Shown here: positions 49,085-60,801 of the stretch, in pieces
Layout of the letters: every line of letters begins with the position of its first letter
How positions within the stretch are numbered: position 1 is the stretch's first letter
Assembly: GCA_030704615.1 (NCBI GenBank)
Contig: CM060733.1
Location: 32,488,001 to 32,552,000, forward strand
Length of the DNA stretch: 64,000 nucleotides
Direction: 5' to 3'
Source: Takakia lepidozioides
Taxonomy: Eukaryota; Plantae; Bryophyta
The notes under the pieces: generated by a model
Told to the model about the DNA's origin: nothing
Databases searched by the model: none
Seen by the model: only the letters and a program-made list of their open reading frames with translations
Position numbers and translations under genes: made by a program

Positions 49085-50638
49085 GTGGAAGCCGGTTTCT
49101 TCGATGACAATGAATGGCTTTCGTTCGGAAGACCTGAATATAAGGTGGGAGAAAGTTGGTGCCCAGGTGCTGTGCAACCAGTCTTGGGGAGAGCGATGGA
49201 GGGGAGCATGGCAGGAGCTAGTGCCGTCTCTGCGGATCTTCCTGCGCATGATGCACACCCAGATATGCCCACATTCAGGAGTTGCTTGCTTTATCTCAAC
49301 GAGGTAAGGATGCAACTAAATGACTTGGAAAAGTACAACCAGTTTGTGCAGCTACTGAGAGAGTTCAGAGCAGATAAATGCGGTGACGTTCAAGAGGTGA
49401 TGGAGAGAGTGCTGGAGCTTCTCAAAGGGCACCCAGAGCTCATACGGAGATTCGATCAATTTCTTCCCCATGGTTGTAAGATGCCTTTACAATTGGAGGA
49501 CCAAAATACAATTACAAATCAAGTTTTGTCGTCGTCGGAGGAGAGGGATTTGATTTCGGATCATGAGGCTTTGGAAGTGGAGGACGGGGATCTCGTTTCA
49601 GAATATCAGGCTTTGGAAGTGGAGGAGGAAGATTTGATTTCAGATCATGAGGCTTTGGACGTGGAGAACGAGGACCTGGTTTCAGATCATGAGGCTTTGG
49701 AAGTGGAGGACCAGGATCTGGTTTCAGAATATCAGGCTTTGGAAGTGGAGGAGGAGGATTTGATTTCAGATCATGAGGCTTTGGAAGTGGAGAGCGAGGA
49801 CCTGGTTTCAGATCAGGATTTGGCAGTGGAGGACGAGGGCCTGCTAGCAAATAAAGCTTTAGCGCTGGAGTTCGTTGACAAGGTTCGCTTCACATTAGGG
49901 GACGGGCACACTATCTTCAAGGCCTTTACGAAGATACTGAAGGAGTTTAGGGATGAGAATATCTCCCGTGATACAGTGTGTGAGAAGGCGTGCGCTCTTT
50001 TCCGGGGACATCCTAATCTGCTGAAAGGATTCAAACTCCTAACTGGGCAAGGGACCACAATGCGAAAACGAAATCTACAGTACCGACCAGTTTCTGTGCG
50101 ACACCGTGAAGTGGAGCAAAGGAAGACTAAAGGGTTTGCGCACGTCCAGCCGGATGGTGGCAAGAGACCCAGGGAGGAAAAAGGATCTCGAGTGAGATCT
50201 CGAGAGAAATCAGTTTTAAGACGCACTGAGTGGAAGGAAGACGTCCACAGACACGAACTGAGAAATACGCGAGATTTACACGCCCTTGAGAGGTTTCTCA
50301 AGTGGAATGAACTGGAGAAGAGCAAAGCAGACAGTCAAGAGGCGCAGCAGCCGATGCCACATGCCAAAAAATCAGCAAGGCTACGTATGCGTGAGCAACA
50401 AGGTGGCGAGGCGGTCAAGGGGATCTGCATTGAACGTAATCTGTCTACCTTCAAAGGAATCTCACAGCTTGATCTGTCAAATTGTGAGAGCTGTACACCT
50501 AGCTACCGACTGCTTCCAGAGAAGTACAGAAGGCTGGATTCCATTGATCTCCGCTCACATTTGGCCAAATCTGTGCTGAACGACCTCTGGGTATGCGTTT
50601 CACCCTTCAAGCACCGGCGTGAAAATTCCCGGGGCTGA
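49085..50638 (+). CDS. Truncated, intronless SIN3-like protein: two PAH domains, an acidic 14-aa repeat and the start of the HDAC-interaction domain (first ATG at 49196)
   Basis: PAH: LLYLNEVR...KYNQFVQLLREFR...V.ELLKGHPELIRRFDQFLP and ALEFVDKVR...FKAFTKILKEFR...ALFRGHPNLLKGF. HID start: LDLSNCESCTPSYRLLP...VLNDLWV...FKH, then a stop. Confidence 0.85.
   Translation: MEAGFFDDNEWLSFGRPEYKVGESWCPGAVQPVLGRAMEGSMAGASAVSADLPAHDAHPDMPTFRSCLLYLNEVRMQLNDLEKYNQFVQLLREFRADKCGDVQEVMERVLELLKGHPELIRRFDQFLPHGCKMPLQLEDQNTITNQVLSSSEERDLISDHEALEVEDGDLVSEYQALEVEEEDLISDHEALDVENEDLVSDHEALEVEDQDLVSEYQALEVEEEDLISDHEALEVESEDLVSDQDLAVEDEGLLANKALALEFVDKVRFTLGDGHTIFKAFTKILKEFRDENISRDTVCEKACALFRGHPNLLKGFKLLTGQGTTMRKRNLQYRPVSVRHREVEQRKTKGFAHVQPDGGKRPREEKGSRVRSREKSVLRRTEWKEDVHRHELRNTRDLHALERFLKWNELEKSKADSQEAQQPMPHAKKSARLRMREQQGGEAVKGICIERNLSTFKGISQLDLSNCESCTPSYRLLPEKYRRLDSIDLRSHLAKSVLNDLWVCVSPFKHRRENSRG
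49538..49830 (+). repeat. Coding 42-bp tandem repeat (6 copies plus a partial one, consensus EEEDLISDHEALEV)
   Basis: GATTTGATTTCAGATCATGAGGCTTTGGAAGTGGAG recurs every 42 bp. Confidence 0.95.
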
Positions 50639-50959
50639 CACCATTCAGCCTCAGTTGTGAGCTCAGAGACTCAATCTTTTCCTCTAGAGAGAATTCGTTA
50701 CGTCAGGTCAATGTGACACTGTTAGAAGCGTGGTTTCTCTTGAACAAAATGTCTTACAAGGTGTTGATGTGTTATAACTCCTGCAATGGACTGCCTATGT
50801 ACGTTTTCGTCATGTGGGATGTCATCTGGAGATTGATTAATTAGCAAGTGGGCTATATGTAGGTCTACTCTACACTTACCACTGGTCAATGGATATGAAA
50901 AACCTACACAGACAGAGACCTGAGCAGATGAGTCCCCAAGCAATGGTACCTCAAACTGC

Positions 50960-51342
50960 CTTCAGGGTACTGGGCTCCCACAGTCTAAGGATATCCGATG
51001 GAGACTGGTCTGTGGGAAAATCTGCAACATGGCCGCGACCACCTATGCCCAGCTTGCGCTAGGAACGGCAGGGAAATCGAAAGAGAAGAACATAATTTCT
51101 TCTTCCACTCCCCTTTATACGTGGGATCCGTGGGAGATTCAACTGTCTATTCCCGAGCATCAGAAATTTTTGGCAGCTTTACCTGCATGATCGTAGACAA
51201 TCCCTTGAGAATTAGTTGCTTTTTTAGGCAGCTTGCACGGCCCCTCTCTCTTTCTTGTTTCTTTCTTCCATTCTTTCTTCCATTCTCTCGCCGACGAATA
51301 TATAACGAACCATCAACTGAATGTTTCATTTCATTTCGTTTC
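50960..51342 (+). mobile_element. LINE 3' fragment (ETG.W plus zinc knuckle) with a (CATTT)n tail
   Basis: METGLWENLQHGRDHLCPAC...IEREEHNFFFHSPLY. Ends in TTTCATTTCATTTCGTTTC. A similar tail lies at about 44900-45017. Confidence 0.7.
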
Positions 51343-52609
51343 TATGCTCACATGTTCCATGGGGACCTCCTTCTGTAAATACTACATCTCTTCTTTCTTA
51401 TCTACAATGGGACTGGCAGTGCAATCAATTAAACTTACCCCCCACACTCTGGTTGAGTTCGATGCGATGACCTGGATATGAAGCTACCTTGGGCAGTGCT
51501 GTCCAGAATCAATGATCATGTACAGTCTTCTCTGTTGAGACTGCATGCATGCGCTTCAACAATCAACACTAATCATCACCAGATCGGTGATATCCACAGT
51601 GCACTGCAACCAGGCACAAACACCCAACTTAAATTGATATTCAGCAGAGCTCTGAACGTTAGAAGGCCTCCAGAAGGCATATGAGATTGCCATTGGGAAG
51701 GGTTTGGTTATACAGTGCAGTGCCAAACACAGCATGGGATAATTGTGAAGAATACATAGTTCAGTGATATGTTCCAGACGCGGTTCTTCTTCTCCGTGCA
51801 TGCAAGTTCAAAGGAGGAGCAGGTACGGAGGCTGAATCGCATGTCTACACGTCCGTCAGATGAACTATCGACAAGCTGCTTCTACGGGTTCCTTTTGAAT
51901 ATGTGTAAATCTCTCTTGCTTCCGTGTACATGTGGACTACCATCTTTGCGCTCCTTTGCAGGACCGTAAGATGAAATTTAAGTGACTTCCTTCACTCCAG
52001 ATATTGAATTGATGGAATTTCTGGGATGTCCAACTCTTGTCACAATTCTTAGTTGGGCTTACAGTCTGTAGTTAATCAGAGAAAAACCAAATTGGAGCAG
52101 TAAATTGCTGCTCCATGGATTATGAGCCTAAAGCCTCACTGCTCGTTTGGCTGAAACGAGGCATGAGATCAATCGATTATGCAGGCAGTAGAGTCTCAGG
52201 AATCTAGTATAGCCCTTAGCTGTCTATGCGTGAAACTTGTTTTCACTTGGGGATGGAACCGACTGTGGGCTTGTTGGCAGCCTGAAGTTCCAAGAAGTAG
52301 TTCGCCCTATTAAAACACACACACAACTTTTGAGTTCTGGAGAATCGAAGTTTTTGCCCAATTTAGAGATATCTCGAGGAGGAAAAGTTTGTGAACTGCC
52401 CACCTACGAAAAAGCTATCTATTAAAAGTGGAAATTTGGCTTCGTGGAGAGCATAGATACCCCATACTTCTCGGCACACTGTTCAGTGTTCTCTTTCATC
52501 ACTATCATTCATAACCGAATGTGCACTCTTGCTTTAGACCAGCAGTTGTGTTTCTTCCTCCGGCTGAATCTTGATACAGAACTTGAATCATCACAGCGCT
52601 CAAGTAGGC

Positions 52610-53323
52610 ATGAACATGGATGACATGGGTGGTGTTGGAGCTTCTGCTTCGGAGGGATATGACTGTGAAGAATCAAGTGGGGAGTATTCGTGTGCAGCGA
52701 CGCAATTGAGTAAGAAAGGAGCCCCCTTGCACACTGTTGATGCAGAAGATGATGACGCAACTAGTGGTGGTGTTCGACATATTTCTTACATCGATCTTTC
52801 CGACAGTGAATCTGAAGAAAGAACTCGGCATACTCCTTACATCGATCTTTCCGACTATGAGTCTGAAGAAAGAACTGGCCGGTATTCTTGTCAAGCTGCA
52901 GAATTGGACACGGACACGCACGCTTTCCAGCAAATGAGACCCGCTCAAGGCGTTGGATCTTGCTGCTCCTCCAGTAGCGAATACTGCGACTCCACCAGCG
53001 ACGAATCCTGTGAGGACTCCACCAGTGACGAAGCTTGTAGCACCTTCAACAGTGAATCTGACGCTACATGTGGAGAGGTTCAGAAGAAGACCGAAGGTAA
53101 TCGTTGCATGACTGTTCAAGATGAGTCAGGTGGTGTTAGGGCTATAATCTACATTGATCTTTGCGAATCTGAAGATACACATGTGACATCTTCTCAAGAG
53201 ACTGTTTCAAGCATTGGAAAGAGGAAATTTCCACCAACCGAGTTGGAAGACTTCTACTGCGTCCGGAAGAGAGGCAGGCAAGCTAAAAACAGGAATCAAA
53301 CAGCTATTTCTCCCTGCATATGA
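52610..53323 (+). CDS. Unknown acidic, Ser/Cys-rich, probably disordered protein with repeated YIDL motifs and a basic C-terminal patch. May be a terminal exon
   Basis: Open 237-aa frame from ATG 52610. Contains a 51-bp tandem repeat RHISYIDLSDSESEERT, IIYIDLCESED, and KRK...RKRGR. A decayed paralog lies at 45020-45560. Confidence 0.55.
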   Translation: MNMDDMGGVGASASEGYDCEESSGEYSCAATQLSKKGAPLHTVDAEDDDATSGGVRHISYIDLSDSESEERTRHTPYIDLSDYESEERTGRYSCQAAELDTDTHAFQQMRPAQGVGSCCSSSSEYCDSTSDESCEDSTSDEACSTFNSESDATCGEVQKKTEGNRCMTVQDESGGVRAIIYIDLCESEDTHVTSSQETVSSIGKRKFPPTELEDFYCVRKRGRQAKNRNQTAISPCI

Positions 53324-54717
53324 ACACTCCCCCTTTCCAGCTTAGAAGATGCTCTAGGGCAATCCAAAAGTTTCCCTTGACATGTCTGCATCAGATGCAT
53401 TCTCCGGCCCAAGTGTACTTAGTGATGGATACCAGTTTGCTGCGTCCAAGGAGGGTGCCAGAGAGTGGGCACATTTCATCAAAAGTTGTCAACCAGTTCC
53501 TACTAAGCAATAGCAATGTTTAGATGTAGTTCATATGAGCACAAAACATGAAGCTTGAAGTATACAGTCACTCTCTTTAATGTTAAGATCAATTTTCCCT
53601 CAACATTTGATCCCTAGGGATGCTTGTTACAAGGAGTCTGAAAGGTTCAATAGATGATCAGTGTAAAGTGTGATAGTCACCATCAATCTTACTGAATTAT
53701 ATGGTATCTTGAGGATGTATCATGTATTTTCCCCACAAGTCGCGGTGAGGCATTGATTTCAAATGGAACTGAACTTATCTTTGTCAATTCTTGTGCTGGA
53801 ATGCTGAGTGCAAGTAGAAAAACTAGTTTCCCTTCAGTAGTCTATAGAATTTGCATGCACACTTGCACTAGCATAGCTTAGAGCACATTTCTCTCAGGCA
53901 CTCCCTTGGAAACAGTGGCTTTACAAAGCCTACATACTGCGTTTAGTGTAGGGATGGATGCGAAGTGTCCATGTGGAGAACCTGGGAGTAAGGGGAGCAA
54001 GACAGTGGGTAGAAGTGCGCGGCATGAATAAGCTTAATTGCCAACCTGCATCATGTAGATGAGGGTAATGATTGCTTACCTCAATTCACAAGACACAGAT
54101 AGAGAAAGGCCATCGTAAACAGATTGGTGAACAAGAATGGTGAGGAGCTACAGAGTAACGAAGGAATTGCATTTTGACTTCTCAAAACCAGTTTTGCATG
54201 AAAAGCCTCAACAGCAGCAATGCACAACTTTCGTGGTTGTTGCAAGTAGGATTACACATGAAACATAGCTCAACACGTCAACAAAATTTAGGCGTGTGGT
54301 ACATACACACTGACAAAGCTTTTCGCTTCTTACACACTTCCTACGTATCCATACATACACTTGGTGCCAGAAATGTTAGTCTAAGAATGTTAAAAAGATA
54401 CCATGGGGTCTGCAACAAAATCCTTTTGCCAGAATCGGACTATCTTCAGCACCTTCCCAACTTGGTGCCTAGGGGAGCCCTTGAGTTCTTGATGACTCAT
54501 GTGACAGATTGCCCTCATTGCACTATACATAGCCATCAGAAAATACTCACCTCCTAACAGAGGCACTAGCCACACTCCTGAAAGAGGCGGCATGCACTTA
54601 TGCTAGCTCTGGCTGATGTTAATCTTCTTCTTGTTATTAAACAGCCACGAGTGAATTTACAACAAAATGTCTGCTAGACGACAACCTGTGGTAGCAAGTA
54701 GTGTTTGAGAGAAGTCT

Positions 54718-56812
54718 TTATAGCGTGAATCGATTGAGGTACTCGGGATCTCTCTTTGCCTTCTCCTGGAACTTCTTGAACCATTGGTTCAAAATGTCCA
54801 TAGGAATTAATAGTTTATCCCCCTCTACAGTACAGAATGATTGCATGAAATTGAACAAATTCTCCCCTACCTTCATAGCTAGCTCCTCCACTCGCTTCTG
54901 TTGTCCAACATTAAGCACTGGGAGGCTCACTAGGTCTTCAATTGAGACTCCAATTTGGGCAGAGAGAGGAGGGGTCCCTGACCCAGTTAAAAGCATTTGG
55001 CCAGGAGTTGCCCCAGGCCAGAGTAGAGGGAACACAGCTGATGGGCATGCACAGTGGACTGCCCCCCGATATTCAAATTGGGATCCAGGGGACTGAACAT
55101 ACACAGCTAGGGCCTTTCCTACCGGAAGGGCCATTTCGTTCAACAGGAATATGCACATTTCTTTCACCTGATCGTAGGCTTCGCCTGCACATATATACAC
55201 AAATCTAAAGTCAGCTCCAGTAGTAGACTATTTTATCTCTTACATGTCTGAATCCCAGTGCATCTGCATAGGACAAACATTCAAAACAAGAGTGGCATGT
55301 CATTTCATGAAGTATGCCCATCCGCCTAAAGTCTCTGGCCAATGATATGCATGCAACTATATATGGAGGACATAATGAAGCGTGACTCAAAAATCTCTGT
55401 TGTAAGCTTTACAACAAGTACAGTTGTATAGAGCTTCTTGCATCCAACAGATATCTGTATGGATGTAATCGAGCACATCATCCAGAGTACCCAACACTGC
55501 ACTGGCCTTTCTGTATCTAATCCAGAGCCTTCCACTGCCCTAGAAACTACCATTACCCCTTAAACTAGGAAGGACTCTCCACGGACAGTTAAACACGCTC
55601 TTTCTTATTTCACATGACATTGTAGTAAGTTCATAGTACAATCCGGGCAGGTGGGCCTGGACAAATGCATGAAGTAGGGCTTGACAAGTTTAGGTGATGG
55701 GGTGCGCACACAGGTAGAGGGGAGGGAAGAGCGCCCACAGTTGCTGAAATAACTGATAAGCATAAGCCCTTACCCACGATATCCTCGATAAGACCACTTG
55801 CTTTGCAAGTAATCTTCTCTAAATTACTTATCATCATTCTCGCTGTCTCTCTCTCTATCTCTCTCCATCTGGGTCAATGGCCACAAGGCTACGGCAAACA
55901 ACGTCTTATGAGTACATTCTATCTCTCTCCATCATGATGACCTCAAGGGTTTACCCACCCTCGGCACTAGACTGAAATTTAAACTCAGGGCCAGAAGCCT
56001 ACCTCGGAACAGCTAACAGAAGGAGAGAGGAAAGGGGATTGCAAATGCCCGTTGAGTGGGCAACCTGAAGACAATAGTCACTTTCTGATTCATTGTCCTG
56101 GGTACTCTCACCAGAGAGATGTTCTCTTCAAATCCATCAAGGCAATTGTGCATGTACCTCTGTTTACCAACTTTGAAAGTCTCGAGGCGGAGCCAAAAAC
56201 CCAGGCCCTTTTGGGGCCTAGTTATTGGGCAAACCACACACAGCAGATTGATGCTTGTGTAAAGGGATTCTAGAGGATATCTGGAAAACTAGAATCAATT
56301 GTCTGTTCCAGGGTAAGTCATACTACCGGAGTCAGCCCCGGACAAAGGTAGTTTCTGTCCTTTTGTGTTCCGCTCAAAGTGAGCGCGGGGTCAATGGCCA
56401 CAAGGCTACGGCAAACAACGTCTTATGAGTACATTCTCTCTCTCTCTCTCTCTAACATTGCCCTTCTACGTTTGCAATTGTACGATCACTTAACGCTCTT
56501 TATACGATGTCAGTGCTAACCCTTAAAATCAACCATGCAGCTGGATTATCATTCACTATGCACAAAGTGCAACGAAGCCCGATGACAGCTTCCCATGCTT
56601 TAGTGACCAGTAGAACAATAACAAAAGGATGCGTCAAAAGCCAATTGTGGATGCCATTCACGTGAGTAACTCCCTCTTATTTCCTCTCAAATTACGACAC
56701 GGGGTTTACCAACAAAGTAGTTCATGTCCAAAATCCATCGGTGATTGTCAACTTGCTGGAAGGTTGATGCATCCAATGGAAAGCTCCGGTTGGGGAAGAG
56801 CACTCCGAACAT
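54718..56812 (-). CDS. OPI10: OPI10 / Hikeshi homolog (DUF775). Exons 56812-56710 and 55184-54718
   Basis: MFGVLFPNRSFPLDASTFQQVDNHRWILDMNYFV|GEAYDQVKEMCIFLLN...KALAVYVQSPGS...SAQIGVSIEDL...KVGENLFNFMQSF...WFKKFQEKAKRDPEYL. Phase-1 GT-AG intron. Confidence 0.95.
55870..55918 (+). mobile_element. 49-bp extreme 5'-truncated copy of the (TC)n-tailed retroelement
   Basis: Matches the last roughly 49 nt of the 56019-56452 copy. Flanked by the 15-bp TSD CTATCTCTCTCCATC (55855-55869 and 55919-55933). Confidence 0.9.
56019..56452 (+). mobile_element. 5'-truncated (TC)n-tailed non-LTR retroelement in the OPI10 intron
   Basis: [20 protein letters not shown]. Tail ACATT(CT)n. CTAACA on both flanks. 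Paralog of 17736-18136. Confidence 0.85.
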
Positions 56813-59207
56813 CTGGTCACTCTGCAAATCCCTCCCTCTCTTAGAAGTGATTGCTTGTGAACTTGCTCTACATCAAACTGTCTTCTGTGCAACCACCAGC
56901 ATGAATTTCCTCCCTGCACTGCACTGCAGCGATCGATGTCGGGCGTTCAAGAAAATCTGCCCCAGAACATAAAACCGTCAGCCTCTCTGACTCTGAAGCT
57001 TCATGGATCTTCTGGAACAATCGACAAGGAGCCAGGAAAGATTGTTGTGGGTGCATTGGAAGATTCAAATGCATCCCTCTCCTACCCTAAACCAGAGCTT
57101 CACTAACACGTGCCCATTGCTGCCCATTTTCATGAAATTTATATGTGCAATTACAAATTAAATTTTAATAATCCTTCAGTCAAATCCCATATATCTGTGC
57201 CACGTGGCTGAGATCCACCGGATACGGTGATACCAACTGATATATTCTCTCGGTGGTAAATTTTCAGAGATTTTGACCTTAAAAAATAGAATATTAAAAT
57301 ATTCTGGTTTGGCGAGAATTTCTTTTCTTTTCTTTTGTTTATTTTTTATCTTTTTATTTGTTTTTTCTCCAAGGAAACACTGCCCCAGCAACTGGGGAAA
57401 ATCCACCCCCTTCCGGGGCATGGAAGGCAAACAGGGCCTGGAACGGAAGGCAGAGAGAGAAGCACAGAGGGATTTGAGCCCCAGACCCACAAGCTAATGC
57501 AACATCCTGATGTGGAAATGTTTTTATTAGCTCCTCTTTATTCTAGCGAAACTAAAATTGAGAAACTAAAAACTTTGCGAAATTTTTTTTAACTGCTCAC
57601 ATAGGCCCTCGCAGCATCACTTAAGAAATAAGTAACACCTATACACAATAAACATGTTACTTTATAGGCGTGGGGTTTCCTCACGTTATGCGAACCGGAT
57701 ACCCCAGAAAACCCCAGAAAAACAAAAATCGTGGTTTTCAGTCCGGCAGTATGGGTTGTTTAAGCCCTAGAAAAGTTATTTTCGCATTGAGAAAATAAAT
57801 CTGAAGGTACTCATATGCATTAACATGTAATTCCTATGACCGTGGTTTGAAAACATTTAACCCCTATGACCACGGGTTTGGCTCACGTGAGCATGCTCAC
57901 GCTGTGCTGACAGGATACCAACCCTTCTCAAGGTAATACCTCCCTCATAATCTTTCTTATTGAACAATTTATGAAAAATAAATGGAGAAATTTTCAGGTT
58001 TATTATGGATAAAAGTAGATTTCATACACGTCTAGCCGTTTGTTTTTATTTGTTGTTGTTTATGTGTGGCTATACAATTTTTGGGTGGGTTTTATATGGA
58101 ATTTCTGAGGGAAAACGATAAGAATAATGTAAGAGCAAGTTTGTGATCTGATGGTACTTTTACCAGGCGAGGTGGGCTCCTCTTGTCAAATCCTCCCCAC
58201 CCCCTTTTACCCAAATTCACTATTACTTATATTAGATGTAGGAGGTAGACAAGCACCGGTGAAGTAGCCTACTGGTAAGCTAATGGTTGCAAGGCGCCGG
58301 GTTGGATGTTTTATGGGTGGCTCGTGTATCCCGAGCAAGTGTAACCCCGAGTCTGTGTAACCATGGGTATTGTCACCTTGTGTCTGGTGTAACCCCTCTT
58401 AATCCATTTTATACTTAGCCAACTTAGCCAAATTTGGACTTACTCAAATTTCAAAACCAAGTGTGAGTTACACCAAGTAGAGACACTCCTTCCATGTAAC
58501 CAAGTGTAACCCCAAACTGTAACGCCAAGTAGAGTTATACTCCCCGCCGTGTAATCCCAATTTACATGTTTCTATGTCTCTCTTGTGATAGGGTGGGAAA
58601 AATATGACATACCAAAAATTGGCATACCATCCTATGAGAGATTGCAGGTGTGCATTATTCCTAATGTGGTCTGATTTTTTTTGGCAGACTTCTTGGAGGG
58701 TAAAGCACACCTATTGTAGACAATCATCAGGCCACACCCGAAAATGGGCAGTAGCCGCAAACGAAATGGCTCTTTTGCTATGCCAGCCTTGGCCGGAGTC
58801 ATATCTCTCTCTAGCCAATCATCAGATTTCATCCCATGTAGATGAACTTTAGATGCTCATTCATCTTCTGCCTCTCTTTCTGAGTCAAGAATCATGAAAT
58901 GCAATTAATTATTTTCTTAGTTTTTATTTTTATTTTTCAAAAAGGAAACACCTGGGAGCGACAGCTCACAAATCGGGCCCTTAGTTAGTGATAGGAAAAA
59001 ATAACCTCTTTCACGGTAACCGCGCCATGGAGGCGTATAAATGGGACACCGCCTAGGGAAGGGGGAGAAGAGCATACCATACCCATACCCGTCAAGTAGC
59101 AAGATTTTACCCCAGAATCATCTGGTGGCACTCACTGCATTTAACCAACTAAGCTACTGACTGTTGCATTTCCATTTTCGTAAATTTCATGGGAATGATA
59201 TCTTTCA

Positions 59208-59295
59208 TATATATATAACGCCATCCAAAGTTAGCGTGTAAATAAGAGCCTCTTCCCCTTGCGGGTACTGCGCCCTTTGGGGGGTGGGCTCTATT
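59208..59295 (-). mobile_element. Short (TA)n-tailed retroposon 3' end related to the insert at 29682-29774
   Basis: Minus strand GAGCCCACCCCCCAAAGGGCGCAGTACCCGCAAGGGGAAGAGGCTCTTATTTAC aligns with GGCCCAACCCCGAGAGGGGGCAGTAGCCGTGAGGGGAAGTGGCTCTTAGTTAC. Flanks ATATCTTTCAT and ATATCTTGCAT. Confidence 0.65.
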
Positions 59296-60801
59296 ATATC
59301 TTGCATGGAAAATGGGGCTGGTTAGACATTTCCAATTCCCTACCAAAATGAGTTTTGCCCATTTGGACCGTTTCCAAGGTCAGATTGAGTGGAGGTCACC
59401 TACTTTGCCAAAGCAATGCAATGTCTCACAAAATAGGAGGATTTGAACCCCAAATCACACACAGTCTACTAGGTATGAAACTGAGCTACCGACGATAATC
59501 GGTATACAGCCCCATTCCCGCTCTTCACCTCAGCTGTCCAATGGCAATACCTAAAGCTAAGTCCCTTGGTTCAAACCCCTGCCCCCTATTTTCAATGACA
59601 TTTCTTTCCCTCTGTCTTCTAGTGAATCCTTGTTTGTAGAAGTCCCATGCACTGATGCCCATCTCAATGAGAGAAGCTTGTCCCCATCAGTCTCTGCCAA
59701 TAGCTTTGTGACATCATCATACTTCATTATTTTCCTATAGAGAGCAGTCTATGTGCAAACAAAATTAGGAAGAGAAAGCCTAAGTGACCATTCAAAATCA
59801 ATAGGCTTCTAAAGGAGGCGTTGATATCCGCTTGGTAATTGTGTGATCGCATAAAGAACATCATAGATAAGATTCATAACATCGGATTGGGGCTACAAAA
59901 AGAGACCCACAACATAGAAAGCTAATATCCCCATATCTTTGTACAGATGTCTCTTTGTGAATTTGTAAAAGCAAAGTGACAAGAATATTCTATGTTTATT
60001 AACCTTATGTTCACTAAGCAAAAACATACTAGGATACCATCCTTAAATGTATCAAATGAAAGTAGAACCTGTTTGTGTCAACAAAAGTTATATAATTCTG
60101 ATGTAGAAGTGATTGCTAGTGCTCTTGGTAGAAGGAAGGTGACTCGACAAAAGAAATCTTACTTGACATTTTGGGTGCATGTATTCAAGTCGACAGAGTC
60201 CTGTTTTCACCCATCTAGCAAACTCTATTAGTTGGATTCTTTCCCAAATTTGGTTCTCTAGCAGAAGTGTTGGAGTAAATATTGTTTTCGATATCATGAT
60301 GTCTATGCTAGTTTGTACACCGTTTATCCAATTCACCAAGTCGATCAGCTTCATCAAGGGCCTCTAGGACACCAACAAAATCGTCTGCATACCGCCAAGT
60401 GCTATTCATTCAAGATAAGCACAAGTTCTTTCAAAGGTACACCAAGTTGAAAGCATATAGTTCAATCGAGAAAAGAAAAACCTCCAAATATTTTAGAAGT
60501 GGGAAATCAATTGCAGAGTACTGCATCGGATACTTTGGATTGTGAAGCCATGCGTAACGACAGGTTGTGCTGAGTAGATAGATTATGCAGTTCGTCAGCT
60601 GGCCACAACTACTCGCCGTTGTATTTGTCATTCTCTATCTGTGCTTCTGGCAAGCAAACAACGCACAGTTTTGGATGCTCACTGTATTATCAGATTATAA
60701 TTTCCCGCTAGTTACTAGGTGCTCCGTTCCTTTGAGCTCCATCAAGAATCGAGACGACTCATTTCGTGGGCAATCTCTCAGACCTATAAGCTATCATTTA
60801 A

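Noticed and set aside
49538-49830. Regular repeat array that might resemble a CRISPR array
   Set aside because: Head-to-tail 42-bp coding repeats with no unique spacers, in a eukaryotic gene, with no cas genes.
57100-58600. Repeat-like non-coding region with TGTAACCCC motifs and a TTAACCCCT site near 57857
   Set aside because: Probably TE-derived, but I found no matching second terminus, so no element could be delimited.
59420-59605. Imperfect inverted repeat with B-box-like GGTTCAAA sequences (MITE or tRNA?)
   Set aside because: Too degenerate. There is no cloverleaf and no clear TSD.
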